This document shows positions 11,459 through 22,127 of a stretch of DNA of 64,000 nt, one piece after another. Both the position numbers and the translations under genes were made by a program. Source of the stretch: Cyanidioschyzon merolae (Eukaryota); NCBI GenBank assembly GCA_000091205.1, contig AP006496.2; one strand, 5' to 3'. The notes below the pieces were generated by a model. That model saw nothing but the letters and a program-made list of their open reading frames with translations. It searched no databases and was not told the DNA's origin. Every line of letters starts with the position of its first letter. Position 1 is the first letter of the stretch.

Positions 11459-13621
11459 TCAGTGAGATGCATCCCGCTGGGCAGCCGCATTGCGAGCCCG
11501 TCCAGAGGACTCCTCGACTTCCGGCTGGATACCGCCCGGCTCCGAGTTCGCTTTCGACGGTTTCAGCAGCGCTCGTAATGGTGGCAAACGACTTTGAGGC
11601 ATCAGAAAGCGCAACAGCATGGCAGTCGCTCGACCAACCATCAGCATATTGAGGCCGTGCCAAACCTGTACCACAACGTGCTGTGCGCTCAGCGTCTTCC
11701 CACAAGTCAAGGCAGCAGCAAACTGCCGCCGGATAAACTCCAGCGCCAGAAGCGAGCTCGCACTAGCACAAAAAATCGCCTTCGCTATATACGCATAATC
11801 CATCGCTCCAATAGCAACACCATCCAGCGCCCAAGTAATGGCATTCAGCGGGGCCATTAAAGCGATCACCCGCGTGCCCTGACGCGTCGCCTCCCGCACG
11901 GCTGCATTCGGGGAGAATATATGTGGTATGAGCTGGTGACCCAGTGGCGACCACCAGAGCACCCCGAACAGGAGGCCCACGCGCAGACTCAATTGAACGA
12001 TTCGGTTTGCAGCCAAACGCGCTTGTATCCTCGCCACATCCGAAGGGTCCTGAACTTCAGCGTCAAGCGGAACACCCAACGCCACACAATCCTTCTCCGT
12101 GAGTAGCCGCGCACCGCCAAGAGCTGATGCTACCATGGACTGAGCTGCCACCGACAGCGAGTCGCATAGCATAGCGGTCATCACCCAGACCTGTCGGAGG
12201 ACCTCGAAAGCGGACGAGGCGACCGGCCCCCCGTAGTACGCTGTCGTGCTGGTTGCATAAGTAAGCGTTACTAGAATCGACACCGTGCGGATCGTCACCA
12301 GGCCGCCAGCGGATAGAAGCGGTCGAATTTGTGCCCAACTCGGAGGTCGACGCAGATCCCGACAGTCGAGTATACCCGCCGCGGGCGATTGTGCAAAGAG
12401 CCAGTGCTGGAAACGTTCCAGTGTACCGGTCCAGGAACGATGTACCAGGTACCGAGGCTGCGGTCCATGCGCTTGTGGGGGCACAGGCGCAGTTCCAGGT
12501 CGTCTTCGAGTTAGCACTAGGAACATGCAACAGAACGTGAGAATCTGTGCGAGAGCGGTTGCAGCTGCCGCCCCAATCACGTGCAGTCTCAGCGGAAATA
12601 TAAGCAGCGCATCACCGAAAAAGTTGAGCACGTTTGTAGCCAGTGAGATACGGAAGGGAGTCGCGGTATCGCGATACCCACGGAATGCCCCCGATAAGAC
12701 CATACTGCCGACGACAAAGGGCATTGCGAGCGTTCGGGTGCGGATATACGCGACGCCATATTGTAGGACACTGCCCGAGGCTCCGAGCTTCCCCAGTAAC
12801 CAGGGGCAACCCAGGAAAATCGTCACTGCGAGCACCAAACCGAGCGAGCACGCTAACCAGAGGCCCCGAGCTAGCGCTCGACTCGCCTCAGCGTGATTCC
12901 CAGCCGCGCCAGCCCGTGCAACGATGGGTGTCGTTGCAATGGCCAGTGCTTGGAAGAGAATGATGGAGAAGTTGAAAACCATGGTCGAGACACCAACGCC
13001 CGCTAATGGGGCTGGGTCCGGAGTCCACACTGTCGCTGTCCAGGAGCGTGGAATCCGCGCCACAAACAGCGTATCCACGAGCGTCATCAGCGGGTCGAGT
13101 GCTAGGGCACCCAAAGCCGGCAGTGCTAGTCGTGAAATTTCCTTATCCAATGGAGAGCTGCCTACGAGTTGCTGCAGCGTGCTCCGCAGGAAGCGCAATA
13201 CAACCGCGGTTTGAGCATGTGCACGCTCCCGGATGCTACTGGGCGAGTGAGAGGCTCGCCAGGGTCGACGCAACAGCCCGCTCTGGGCAAGTCCTGTCCA
13301 TGCACCTCTTCGCCGGCTAGGATTCCAGTTTAGGTCGCCGTGCTGTGCGCGGCCTAGTCGCTGCTGGTGCCCAGAGCGCGCAGGTGCCAGCCACTGGCTG
13401 CCCGAGCTGCAACCACGCAAGCAAGCCCAGCGTGAACAAGGGTGGAAACCGCAACGCAGGCCAGCGTAGCTGCTGCCCTGGGGCCTCTTCAAGTTCCCCT
13501 GTTGACAGCTGAGGTATGTGCGCGAAGCGCTTGCGAGCGTGCTGGTACAGGGGTCGCTACAGGAAGTCGCAAAGGCAGCGCGGAGCTTTCGCCCTCCGTA
13601 GAGGCTCGTGAAGAAACCCAT
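11459..13621 (-). CDS. MATE (multidrug and toxic compound extrusion) family transporter with a long N-terminal extension
   Basis: From about residue 170 onward the ORF has the typical MATE N-terminus (RLALPALGALALDPLMTLVDTLFVARI) and twelve-TM-like hydrophobic periodicity (LAGVGVSTMVFNFSIILF, AITWALDGVAIGAMDYAYIAKAIF). The first ~170 aa are Arg/Ser/Gly-rich, so either a targeting peptide or an over-extended ORF; the only other in-frame Met lies inside the first TM. Confidence 0.75.
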   Translation of the reverse strand: MGFFTSLYGGRKLRAAFATSCSDPCTSTLASASRTYLSCQQGNLKRPQGSSYAGLRCGFHPCSRWACLRGCSSGSQWLAPARSGHQQRLGRAQHGDLNWNPSRRRGAWTGLAQSGLLRRPWRASHSPSSIRERAHAQTAVVLRFLRSTLQQLVGSSPLDKEISRLALPALGALALDPLMTLVDTLFVARIPRSWTATVWTPDPAPLAGVGVSTMVFNFSIILFQALAIATTPIVARAGAAGNHAEASRALARGLWLACSLGLVLAVTIFLGCPWLLGKLGASGSVLQYGVAYIRTRTLAMPFVVGSMVLSGAFRGYRDTATPFRISLATNVLNFFGDALLIFPLRLHVIGAAAATALAQILTFCCMFLVLTRRRPGTAPVPPQAHGPQPRYLVHRSWTGTLERFQHWLFAQSPAAGILDCRDLRRPPSWAQIRPLLSAGGLVTIRTVSILVTLTYATSTTAYYGGPVASSAFEVLRQVWVMTAMLCDSLSVAAQSMVASALGGARLLTEKDCVALGVPLDAEVQDPSDVARIQARLAANRIVQLSLRVGLLFGVLWWSPLGHQLIPHIFSPNAAVREATRQGTRVIALMAPLNAITWALDGVAIGAMDYAYIAKAIFCASASSLLALEFIRRQFAAALTCGKTLSAQHVVVQVWHGLNMLMVGRATAMLLRFLMPQSRLPPLRALLKPSKANSEPGGIQPEVEESSGRARNAAAQRDASH

Positions 13622-14939
13622 GCCTCCTTCGTACTCAAACCTGAGAGGTCTCCGGCTTTACAGTTATTCGAACACGAGTATATTGTTAGTCGTTAGTTTC
13701 AGTTGAATCGGGCAGTCGCGCCCGCCTTGCTATTGTGAATAGAGTCCTTTCCAGAATGCAGTTCGAGAAAAGGCGCATGGCGGACACCGTTTGCGACGGT
13801 GGCGGTGTCATGACCGCTTTTCTGCAGGAACGCTTGACGCTAGACGTTCATTGGACCAGTTCCGAGCTGATTTACGTCTGAGGTATTTGTTGATTGTTTG
13901 GATGCTGAGATATCATTGAAGAAAGCACGCGTCTGCCTTGTTGACAAGCGAAATTTGCGGCAGCAGCACTGGAAGATTCCTCGGAAACGCCAGCAACGCT
14001 ACCGCTCCTAGCTGCCTCACGACCAATAAATCCTGAAAACACCGCTTGTCGTAAAAGTCTGTGGCTTATCTATTTCACTGAGAGGGTATCCGAGTGGTAC
14101 GCGTTCTGTGCTCGTTCTTCACCTGAGGGAGATTCCGCGAGCACGTAAAGATTGTTCAGGTTCAGGCGTTCAGTTTGAGCAGCAGCAACAGCAGCAGATA
14201 ACGCTTTTACGATAAATCCAGAGAAAGAGGACTCCCAAGTGCTGCCTCATCAGAGTCGGAGGCGGAACAAGGTACGTGCAGGTCGCTTACGAGGTGTCTG
14301 TTGTTTTCCCTTCTGACCACAGCCTGAATCCTGTATACACAGTTTCTCTCAGCGCGGTGGCAAAGTATGTCGCTTGGTTCATCGGTACTTCTCCTGGTTG
14401 TGCTAGACTAACGACAACTCATTCAAGCAGATCAAAGCTGTTGCGACTGCGAGAGACGGTGTGTGTCCTCCGGAACTGCCGCATCGGCGCATATCACAGA
14501 CTCGTTTGCTCTGCCAATTCTCTGGCCTCGGTTTTGAATAGAGGAAGCAAACAATTCGAAAGCTTTTTGATACAGCACGCTTCGTAGAAGCGTTTCCTCC
14601 CGAAGATTCCATTCATCATAGGAAACAGGTCACGGGAAGCCCTCCGTTTCTGAATATTCTTCCCTTATCATCTACGCGCAGCAGCGTGGTAGAAAAGAGT
14701 GGACTGCTCCAACACGCCATCTGACGCCTCATTGGAAGCCGCAGATACTCTCTAGTTCGTCGCAGTGGCACGCTTTCTGGGCGTTGTCTACGCCCCAGCT
14801 CCGAGAGATCGACACGTCCGCTGCCGCATCGTTGTAGTGGAGGCTGCAGAACGCAGCGACCGCTCCAGCTCTGGACCAAAGAAGCAGCGACCGCATGCCC
14901 GGTGCCTTTGACTTGGACCCAACTCGCAGCTGATGGGCA

Positions 14940-15839
14940 ATGTTCGCTTTGGAAGAGCTTCCACGGATACCCGACTTCACTGAGCGTGCAATTTGTGAGC
15001 TTTTCGAACTATACGCATCCATCGAGAGTGTACAGCTACCACCGCAATCATCCGACGCAACGAACAGCTCCAGCGCTACGGCACCTGGGAACATCTTCAG
15101 TGCTGAACGTGGCCCCAGGTACCTTGGCCCAAGAGCGCTGGTTCGTTTCTTTACTGAGCTTGGTGTAGACATGCGCTCGCTGGCTGCCTTAGCGTTTGCC
15201 TGGCTCGGACGTTGGCAGTACCCCTGTCATTGCAGAGAAGAGGGTTTTGCGCGAGGCGTGCGTTACGCGCTCTGGGCACTAGACCGGCGGCAGCACAATG
15301 AGCCCAGACGCTGGGAACAAGTCCAGGCGACATGCTCAACGCTTCTCGAAACCAGTATCTGGCCAAGGGAATCGACAGCACTGTTTGAACGGCTCCGATC
15401 GGCCTTTCCGGACGCCGTCCTGTCCTACACGCAGCGTTCTGCTGAAGCCGCTCTTGATTTTTACCTTTTCGCCTTTGACTTGAACCGCCAGAGCCCATAC
15501 CGGCGCTCGCTGTCGCTCACTGACGCCCGTTACCTCTGGAAACAGTTTCTCAGCGAATCGTGCTATCTCGCGACGCCTGCTTCCCCGGGAACGCCAGCGG
15601 GAGTCGCCAATCAGCCATGGCGATATCTCGAGCACTTTGACGCATACCTCGAGTCGCGCTGTGGAATGGCTGGCACCATCATCTCACGTGATACATGGTA
15701 CTGGGTGCTAATGTTTGCGCGCGAAACCCAGGTCGCAGGATCCAGCTTCTTTGCGAACTACAACCAGGGGGATGCCTGGCCTGTACTCCTAGACGGATTT
15801 GTGGAGTATCTGCGCGAAAACAAGCTTCTTAGCTCGTGA
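14940..15839 (+). CDS. DCN1: DCN1-like (defective in cullin neddylation) protein with a PONY domain
   Basis: The C-terminal block ISRDTWYWVLMFARETQVAGSSFFANYNQGDAWPVLLDGFVEYLREN matches the DCUN1 PONY-domain signature (IPRDTWNLLLDF...YDEEGAWPVLIDDFVEF). Upstream, RFFTELGVDMRSLAALAFAW matches the DCUN1 FFEDLGVDPEDIVVLVLAW block. Confidence 0.8.
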   Translation: MFALEELPRIPDFTERAICELFELYASIESVQLPPQSSDATNSSSATAPGNIFSAERGPRYLGPRALVRFFTELGVDMRSLAALAFAWLGRWQYPCHCREEGFARGVRYALWALDRRQHNEPRRWEQVQATCSTLLETSIWPRESTALFERLRSAFPDAVLSYTQRSAEAALDFYLFAFDLNRQSPYRRSLSLTDARYLWKQFLSESCYLATPASPGTPAGVANQPWRYLEHFDAYLESRCGMAGTIISRDTWYWVLMFARETQVAGSSFFANYNQGDAWPVLLDGFVEYLRENKLLSS

Positions 15840-16530
15840 ATGACAAGCACAGGAATGCCCGATCAGCACATTTGTATGCATTTGTGCAGTTTTACTGCGA
15901 AAAGCAGAGTCAGCGTCATGCCACATTGGAGCTGGCTCGTGAGCGAGCCCAGGAAACGACGGGAAACGCGGCACCAGTTGGCGACTACGAAACGGTGCCG
16001 GAGGCACTACGGAGGCGTCCCTGCAGTCCAGCTCGGCTGCAGTGTGCGATCCAAGGCACCGAGTCTGCGGTATCGAATGCACGTACGGCGGCTTCTCATG
16101 AACGCGTTCCTCTATAATCATTGACCTGGTCCATTGGAACGAATCTAGGAAGCAGGGAACGGCTCGAAAGGCGCATCGACGTAATTAGACGAGTCTATGT
16201 CAATGCCAGAGGCAGTGCGGGATCGACGTCGCGGTCCTTTACGGCGTACGAGGTACGCCCCTCACCGTGATGCATTGCATGGTACGCAACGGCATCCAGA
16301 GCCACACCTGGATGGCCGGATTGAGTCCAGTTCTGCGATGTACCGAAGGTTTACACGCAGGACATGCGGGCATCGCCCGTTCTAGACATTGTGTAGCCTT
16401 GCGGTGCCGCCAAAGGCTGACGCCGGCGATACGCGCTGCTTCTTTAGGGTCGTATGGATTGTTCGACATCCGCGCTGATGCTCCAGATGGAAGCTGTGCC
16501 AGACCTGGTGGTGAACCCTTAAACCATCGG

Positions 16531-16828
16531 AAGCGGCGCTTCGGTTGCTTGCCGGACAGACGGCAGCATTCACGTATTTGGAAGCGTTCATTGAAACGCA
16601 ATGATTCTTCACGCTAAAAAAGTATCAGAAGCGGCGCTGCGGTTGCTTGCCGGACAGACGGCAGCATTCACGTATTTGGGAGCGTTCATTGAAACGCAAT
16701 GATTCTTCACGCTAAAAAAGTATCAGAAGCGGCGCTGCGGTTGCTTGCCGGACAGACGGCAGCATTCACGTATTTGGGAGCGTTCATTGAAACGCAATGA
16801 TTCTTCACGCTAAAAAAGTATCAGAAGC
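16531..16828. repeat. 98-bp tandem repeat, 3 copies
   Basis: The unit aagcggcgct(t/g)cggttgcttgccggacagacggcagcattcacgtatttgg(a/g)agcgttcattgaaacgcaatgattcttcacgctaaaaaagtatcag begins at 16531, 16629 and 16727. Copies are near-identical; the third is truncated. Confidence 0.9.
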
Positions 16829-17894
16829 GCCTGTGGAGCCGTTGTCGGTGCCCTGGCATATCCAGTAATATCGGAGAAAGAAACAACCATATCTTTCGCC
16901 GATTGCTCAGAAGCATGGTATCCGACTCAAAAATAGAGCAATCCAATCGTGTTGGATGACGGAACCGCACTATACCAGCGCCTTGCCCCAGGCGAGAGTT
17001 CAACACCGGCTCTCCGGGCTGCTGATTTCCTTTTCATCGAAAGGCTGCAGCAATCCAACACCATGCCAACACTGAGTACTGACGATTACGTCGAAAGTTG
17101 AGGCGACATAGAGCCTTTGCAGGCACCACAGGAGACTCCGTTGCATCAATCCCTACATTTCTGAGCCAGCAAGATGAGACTACAACGCCCACAGCGTGTC
17201 CCTCATTAAGCGCTTTACAGTGCCTCGCACATGATGTGTTCGTTTGGCTGTATACGTACTGGGACCGACGCTGTAGCTGGTCAGATGGTCATTGGAAATG
17301 GCGACCCATCAATGTATCCCGTGAAACGTGTGTGCAAGGCGGTAATCCTACGATCCAGCCGCATCTCATCTACTGCATCGAGCATCAGTAGTGTTCCCGC
17401 ACGCAGGTTTGATTGAAAGATCCCAGAGGAATACGGATAGCGGACAACCATGCCTCCAGAACTTTTATGGAAAGTTGGCTGAAGCGGTGCGACATGGCGA
17501 GGGAGGCTCGTCGAGCCTCTTCCAAGTACGAAGCTGAGCGATCCCGAACGACATCCTGCATCGCGTTTTCGGGGGATGCTCGCCTTTCATATGCTTCCAT
17601 CGGAAGCCCGTGACAATAGCCTCATACTGGCCTGCCGGTTTCGAGTGTGCTTCTATTTTTATTGTACTCTTTTCGAGAGGATCTCCCACTTCTCTCACTG
17701 GTGGAATTGTGTCCTCCTCGTGCACCTTGCAGGGCGGCATGGATTTGGTCGCTATGCTCTTCGTCCGTGTTCTTCATCGAAATTCAAACGAATTCGGTGG
17801 ACGACGGGACCAGAATTCTACTGTTCTATGTATGTCTCTACGATTCCTCAGGCGGCTTTTCGTCATCTAACAGAGGCAAGAAACGCCTGGAGTT

Positions 17895-18065
17895 CGTGAA
17901 CTGAGACGTTAACGCCGCCGTCCATATCAGACGATGTGCGGTGCTGATGACGAGACCCGCGGAGCTGACGCAATCTAACCTTGTGGGGTAGTTTCTCTCG
18001 CTCGAAATATGCAAGGAAAAACTGAAGTCGATAGCAGGGGCCCGCCGAAAAAGACCAGGAGGCGT
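17895..18065 (+). repeat. 160-bp dispersed conserved element, copy 1 (copy 2 is at 37735..37905)
   Basis: About 75% nucleotide identity over ~160 bp with 37735..37905 in the same orientation (acgccgcc...gatgtgc.g.gctga..acgagacccgcggagctga.gc.atc.aac...gatagcagggg.ccg...aaaaa.ac..gg). Both copies are intergenic. Confidence 0.6.
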
Positions 18066-18199
18066 CCGCACGTCAGTGGGCAGACATAGAGCCTACGGCG
18101 GGCATAGCGCCGCTCGTCACCACTGTACACCGGCTGTATAGCGTTTGTCGCTTGAAAGGCGTGTCGCTCTTGCTGGTAGCGAATGCCTGCGTGGCTGCT

Positions 18200-20326
18200 T
18201 TATCCAGCGAACGCTATGACGTACATGGTATGACGGAAGGGTTTGGCGAAGCGTCCGTAGTTGGCTCCCTTCTCCCCAAGGTACACAATCGTTGTGGTGT
18301 AGAGCCCGAAGGACTTGAGGAAACCCTCTGGATCGTCTGTACCAAAAACAAGCGTCTGCCTCGTGTGACTGTTCTCACTCTGCTTGTGGTTGTTCGACGG
18401 TGTTGCACGCTTTCGGGAGCTGTGGGCTTCGAGCCCAGGCCTCTGGGGCAGTTCACCACTTTGGAGCGTCTCTTCGGTGGACTCCTCGCTCGTTCGTGGC
18501 GTTGAGGCTGTTCGGGCTTGTAGTTTGCGGACTAGGGCCTCCTGCACAAAACTCGCCCCTGTCCAGGATGCTCGACCTACCGGCATGAGGCTGCGCATGT
18601 CGCTGAAGAGCGCGCGACACAGAGACTCGGGGAGATAGTAGGTGAGGCCCTCGAGCAACCACACGGAGCTGTTGCCTGGATCGAAGCCAGCAGCTAGGAG
18701 ATCTTGCTTCCAGTCTTTGGTCAAGTCGCTGGGCACATATTTCACCAGAGATTTTGGTTTGTAGCTGGGAAAATCGTTCCGCAAGATCCGCAGTTTGTAT
18801 TCGAGCACGACGGGCATGTCGAGCTCGTAGACGACTGTATCCCGCGGTATATCCAGCCGGTAGGCTCGCATGTCGAGCCCAGCACCCAAGATGACGACCT
18901 GGCGTGGAGGTGGTTCGTTCGATGCCGAGCCCTGCTCCTTGCCGAACAGGCATCGCATTAAAAAGTCGTCAAAGTAGCGCGTTCGGACCGGTATTCGGGA
19001 TAGTTGATCGGTGGTGCTGGTGCGGGCGCGCTCCCTTTGGGCGGCCATAAAACGAGCGCCGGCTAGCTTTTCCGCAAAAATATCGCGAACAAGCGCTTGC
19101 TCGCCGTAGAGTTCCAGCTCCAATGCTCGCGCCGCCGCAAGTAGCTGCGAAGCACGTACCATGCTATACAGCGGATGGGCGCTCTGGATTCTCAGTTGTG
19201 GTCCAGATCGACTTTCCGTTGCGGACTGGGGCACCTGCGCCAGTGGAGGGCGTTCTCCTGCAGCCTTCGTGTTCGCGTCGGTGCTCGCGTTCGAGGCTCG
19301 TGATCCGTTGGATACCTCGGACTCGCCAGGGACGCTTCCTGTGGTCGCGTTCTCGTTTGTTGCTGCTGGACAGGACCGTGCATCCTCGGCAATGACTCCA
19401 GCAAGCTCCACTGTGGGCAAGCGCTCAGCGTCGCGAGCGACCGGTGCCGCTGCCGACTCGACAGCAGCGGCGGATGCGTTTTTCTCGGACACGGGAGTGG
19501 CGGTCTCCGCTCTGTCCGCAGCTTTCGTCGTCTTCGCGCGCTCGTTTTGTCGATGTGCTCGATTCGAAGCACCCCCTGTGACAATTCTCCCGAGCGATAG
19601 AAACGCCGAGACGACACCGGGATTGCGTTTCTCACTGTTTGTCACTGGTAGCCGCGCTTTGCTCGGGAGCTTGGGTTCTGGTGCCGGCGGTGCTGGCTGC
19701 GCACTCACGGGTGGCTCCTCATGTGATGACACGTGCAGCGCTGAGGCGTCAACGTCCTGTGCCGTTGCCTCGACCAACATCGAAAGCGGATCGCGCTGGG
19801 GCAGTTCTGGTAGCGACGGTGCCGTCACCGGCGCCGGCTCAACAACGGATATTTCGCCCTGGCTCGAGCGACGCCGTTCATGAGACCGCGCCTCTGCACC
19901 CTCTCGTCCGGCTCGCCGTCGCTGCCGTCTTCGAGAGCCCCACCGCCATAAACCTCGACTCGCAAAGAAGACCAAAACTGCCAGGCCAAGCGTGCCGGGG
20001 AGCAATCGCCGTTGTTTGCCCGAAACTGCTTCGGTCGCGCGGTCCTCGACCCCGAGCAAGCTCTTCTTGCGCTCACGGGTGGATTGCGGGCCGGTCTGCA
20101 CAGAGCCGTTGCTTTTAGGAGCAGGTAAACGTCGTTCAGACCACAGCCGTTGCCGTGGCTGCATCGCCTCTGCGTGGTGGCGCGCACGGCGTCGGTGGCC
20201 GCTCGCCGCACGCCCTGCATACAACGAAGCTGCAGCTCGGCTGGCCCCGAGGTCTGAACCCATGGAGCTGGTGCTGCAGCACCAAGATACTTCAGGTAGG
20301 GCAACTGCTCCGAGCAGCAACGCCAC
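18200..20326 (-). CDS. SAM-dependent methyltransferase of the LCM/TcmP-like family (PF04072-type) with a long low-complexity N-terminal region
   Basis: The C-terminal ~320 aa carry RYFDDFL...QVVILGAGLDMRAYRLDIPRDTVVYELDMPVVLEYK...DLTKDWKQDLLAAGFDPGNSSVWLLEGLTYYLPE, the diagnostic motifs of the leucine-carboxyl-methyltransferase superfamily. The N-terminal ~380 aa are A/S/E/P-rich and include a signal-anchor-like LLPGTLGLAVLVFFASRGLW followed by RRRQRRR. An alternative start is Met at 19162 (MVRASQLL...). Confidence 0.6.
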   Translation of the reverse strand: MALLLGAVALPEVSWCCSTSSMGSDLGASRAAASLYAGRAASGHRRRARHHAEAMQPRQRLWSERRLPAPKSNGSVQTGPQSTRERKKSLLGVEDRATEAVSGKQRRLLPGTLGLAVLVFFASRGLWRWGSRRRQRRRAGREGAEARSHERRRSSQGEISVVEPAPVTAPSLPELPQRDPLSMLVEATAQDVDASALHVSSHEEPPVSAQPAPPAPEPKLPSKARLPVTNSEKRNPGVVSAFLSLGRIVTGGASNRAHRQNERAKTTKAADRAETATPVSEKNASAAAVESAAAPVARDAERLPTVELAGVIAEDARSCPAATNENATTGSVPGESEVSNGSRASNASTDANTKAAGERPPLAQVPQSATESRSGPQLRIQSAHPLYSMVRASQLLAAARALELELYGEQALVRDIFAEKLAGARFMAAQRERARTSTTDQLSRIPVRTRYFDDFLMRCLFGKEQGSASNEPPPRQVVILGAGLDMRAYRLDIPRDTVVYELDMPVVLEYKLRILRNDFPSYKPKSLVKYVPSDLTKDWKQDLLAAGFDPGNSSVWLLEGLTYYLPESLCRALFSDMRSLMPVGRASWTGASFVQEALVRKLQARTASTPRTSEESTEETLQSGELPQRPGLEAHSSRKRATPSNNHKQSENSHTRQTLVFGTDDPEGFLKSFGLYTTTIVYLGEKGANYGRFAKPFRHTMYVIAFAG

Positions 20327-22127
20327 ACACGCGCTTCAACCGGGCAGCAAACGCGAGTCGAATGCACTGCAGCCACGGTACCCAGCGCCAGGTACAATGT
20401 TGCACTCGGCCAGTGTTGCTTGCGAGCGCGCACCATCGCACACAGAACGGGATATATCGGTATAAAAATGTATAAAACAAACGTTCTCCGTCTGGGCGTC
20501 GCGCATCGTCGCCACCCAGGGACACGTGTTTGTGGCGCACGAGCACCTGCCACAGGCTCGCGTGTGTGCCGCAGACACCGCAAGTGTCGGGCAGCGGTCG
20601 ATAGAGTTTACAGATGTCGGGGCCAGAGGACGGGCGGCAGACGATAGACGCCGTAGAGGCCAGCGAGGCAGTCTCGCGTACCGCAGTTACCTGGAAGCGA
20701 CATGTTTCCGGATGCGTTTCTATCGTTTATGGAGCTGGGGCGATTATGCAGGCTGGAACGGAATTCGTGATAGCAACAGTCCCGATTCGTGAAGAAAGGC
20801 GGCATGCACTTGGGCATAGTGACAAGCAGAGAGCAGGACGGCTCTTTGGTCTTGGGCAGCTCGCGCTGGTGGAGGTTGCGGTAGCGGCCCAAGTCAAGCA
20901 TCAGGTTTCTGGTATCTCTTGAACCATGGCGTCGATTTCGACAAAGACCTTGGGCTATGGTTAACAGGCAGTATACTCCGTGTGCAACATGGAACGGCTG
21001 ATCCGTCTTTGTCTCTGAAGCGCAGATGCAAGGCTTCAAGATGACTTGTTTCGGGATCGCGCAGCAACATGAGCGGATTCGGATATCGCTCGAGCGCTAC
21101 GAGCTTGAGGCGGCAGCGGTGGTGCTGGTACTGCCGCAGACGCGCCGCGGATGCATTGTATCCGTGAGCGCTGGGTAGCTCGTGGGGGGTTTCTCGGCTC
21201 GGATTTGTGTCTCGCAAGGTTCGATCAAGAAAATAGCTCTTGTGGAATGCCCAAGCCTCCACTTCCAGAGGCTATTTTGGAGGAAGAACGTTCCGCATGT
21301 CCGACGAAATCACGCGGGCACTGCGTTCTAGACCCACGCGGTGGCGAGTGCCTCAGCACCGTCTGCGCAGCTGGACCGCTCTCTCTCTGAGTCCAGCAAA
21401 GAGGCTGAGGAGCGTGCTCAGCGTCCACGCTGCCTCCAAGTCGACCACCTCCTCCAGCGTGTCGTTCTGTGTCCAGGCGATCGTCTTGGCCTCACCTCTC
21501 TCTCTCTCGCAGGTTCAAGACCTCGGGCTGACATCTACACAAGCGGCACTAGAGCACCGCAACGTCGTTCTGTCCCTGCTGGGTGTGCGCGGCAGCAACG
21601 TCTCATCCAGCGCCGCTGCGGGTGCCTGTGGAAGCCTCGGCACCCGAATCGTCACCGGATGCAGCGCGCGCCTTTTCTTGACGGCAAGGCTAGCCTGGTG
21701 TCAGTGGACCCTCGCCATCTTTCGAGAAAAACGGCATCCGTTACCCCATTGAGTCACCGTCACTGCGTACCCCAGCGATCATGTTGCGCTGAAACGCAAT
21801 CGCGAATACCGCTTTGCAGCAGGTGCTTCATCGGATGGACCCCACAACACGTGTCAATAAATGTCCCAATAGGCGCACACAGCCGGGCAACGGTGCAGCA
21901 CAGAACCTCGCTCGCGTACCGGTCAGTGCGCACGAGCACTCCATACGTTTCGCTTGCTCGTGCAGCTCCAGGTCTGTTTCGCCTGTACTCCCGCAACTGG
22001 GTGGAGCGTGCGCGGCATCGCACGCTAGTGCGTAGCGCTGACCTCGTTGTGCGCTCATCAGACCCTGTCTGGGTCCGCGAAACTAGTTTGTGGGCAGAGC
22101 TCGAGCCTCTGGTGCACCGCGTTTCCT

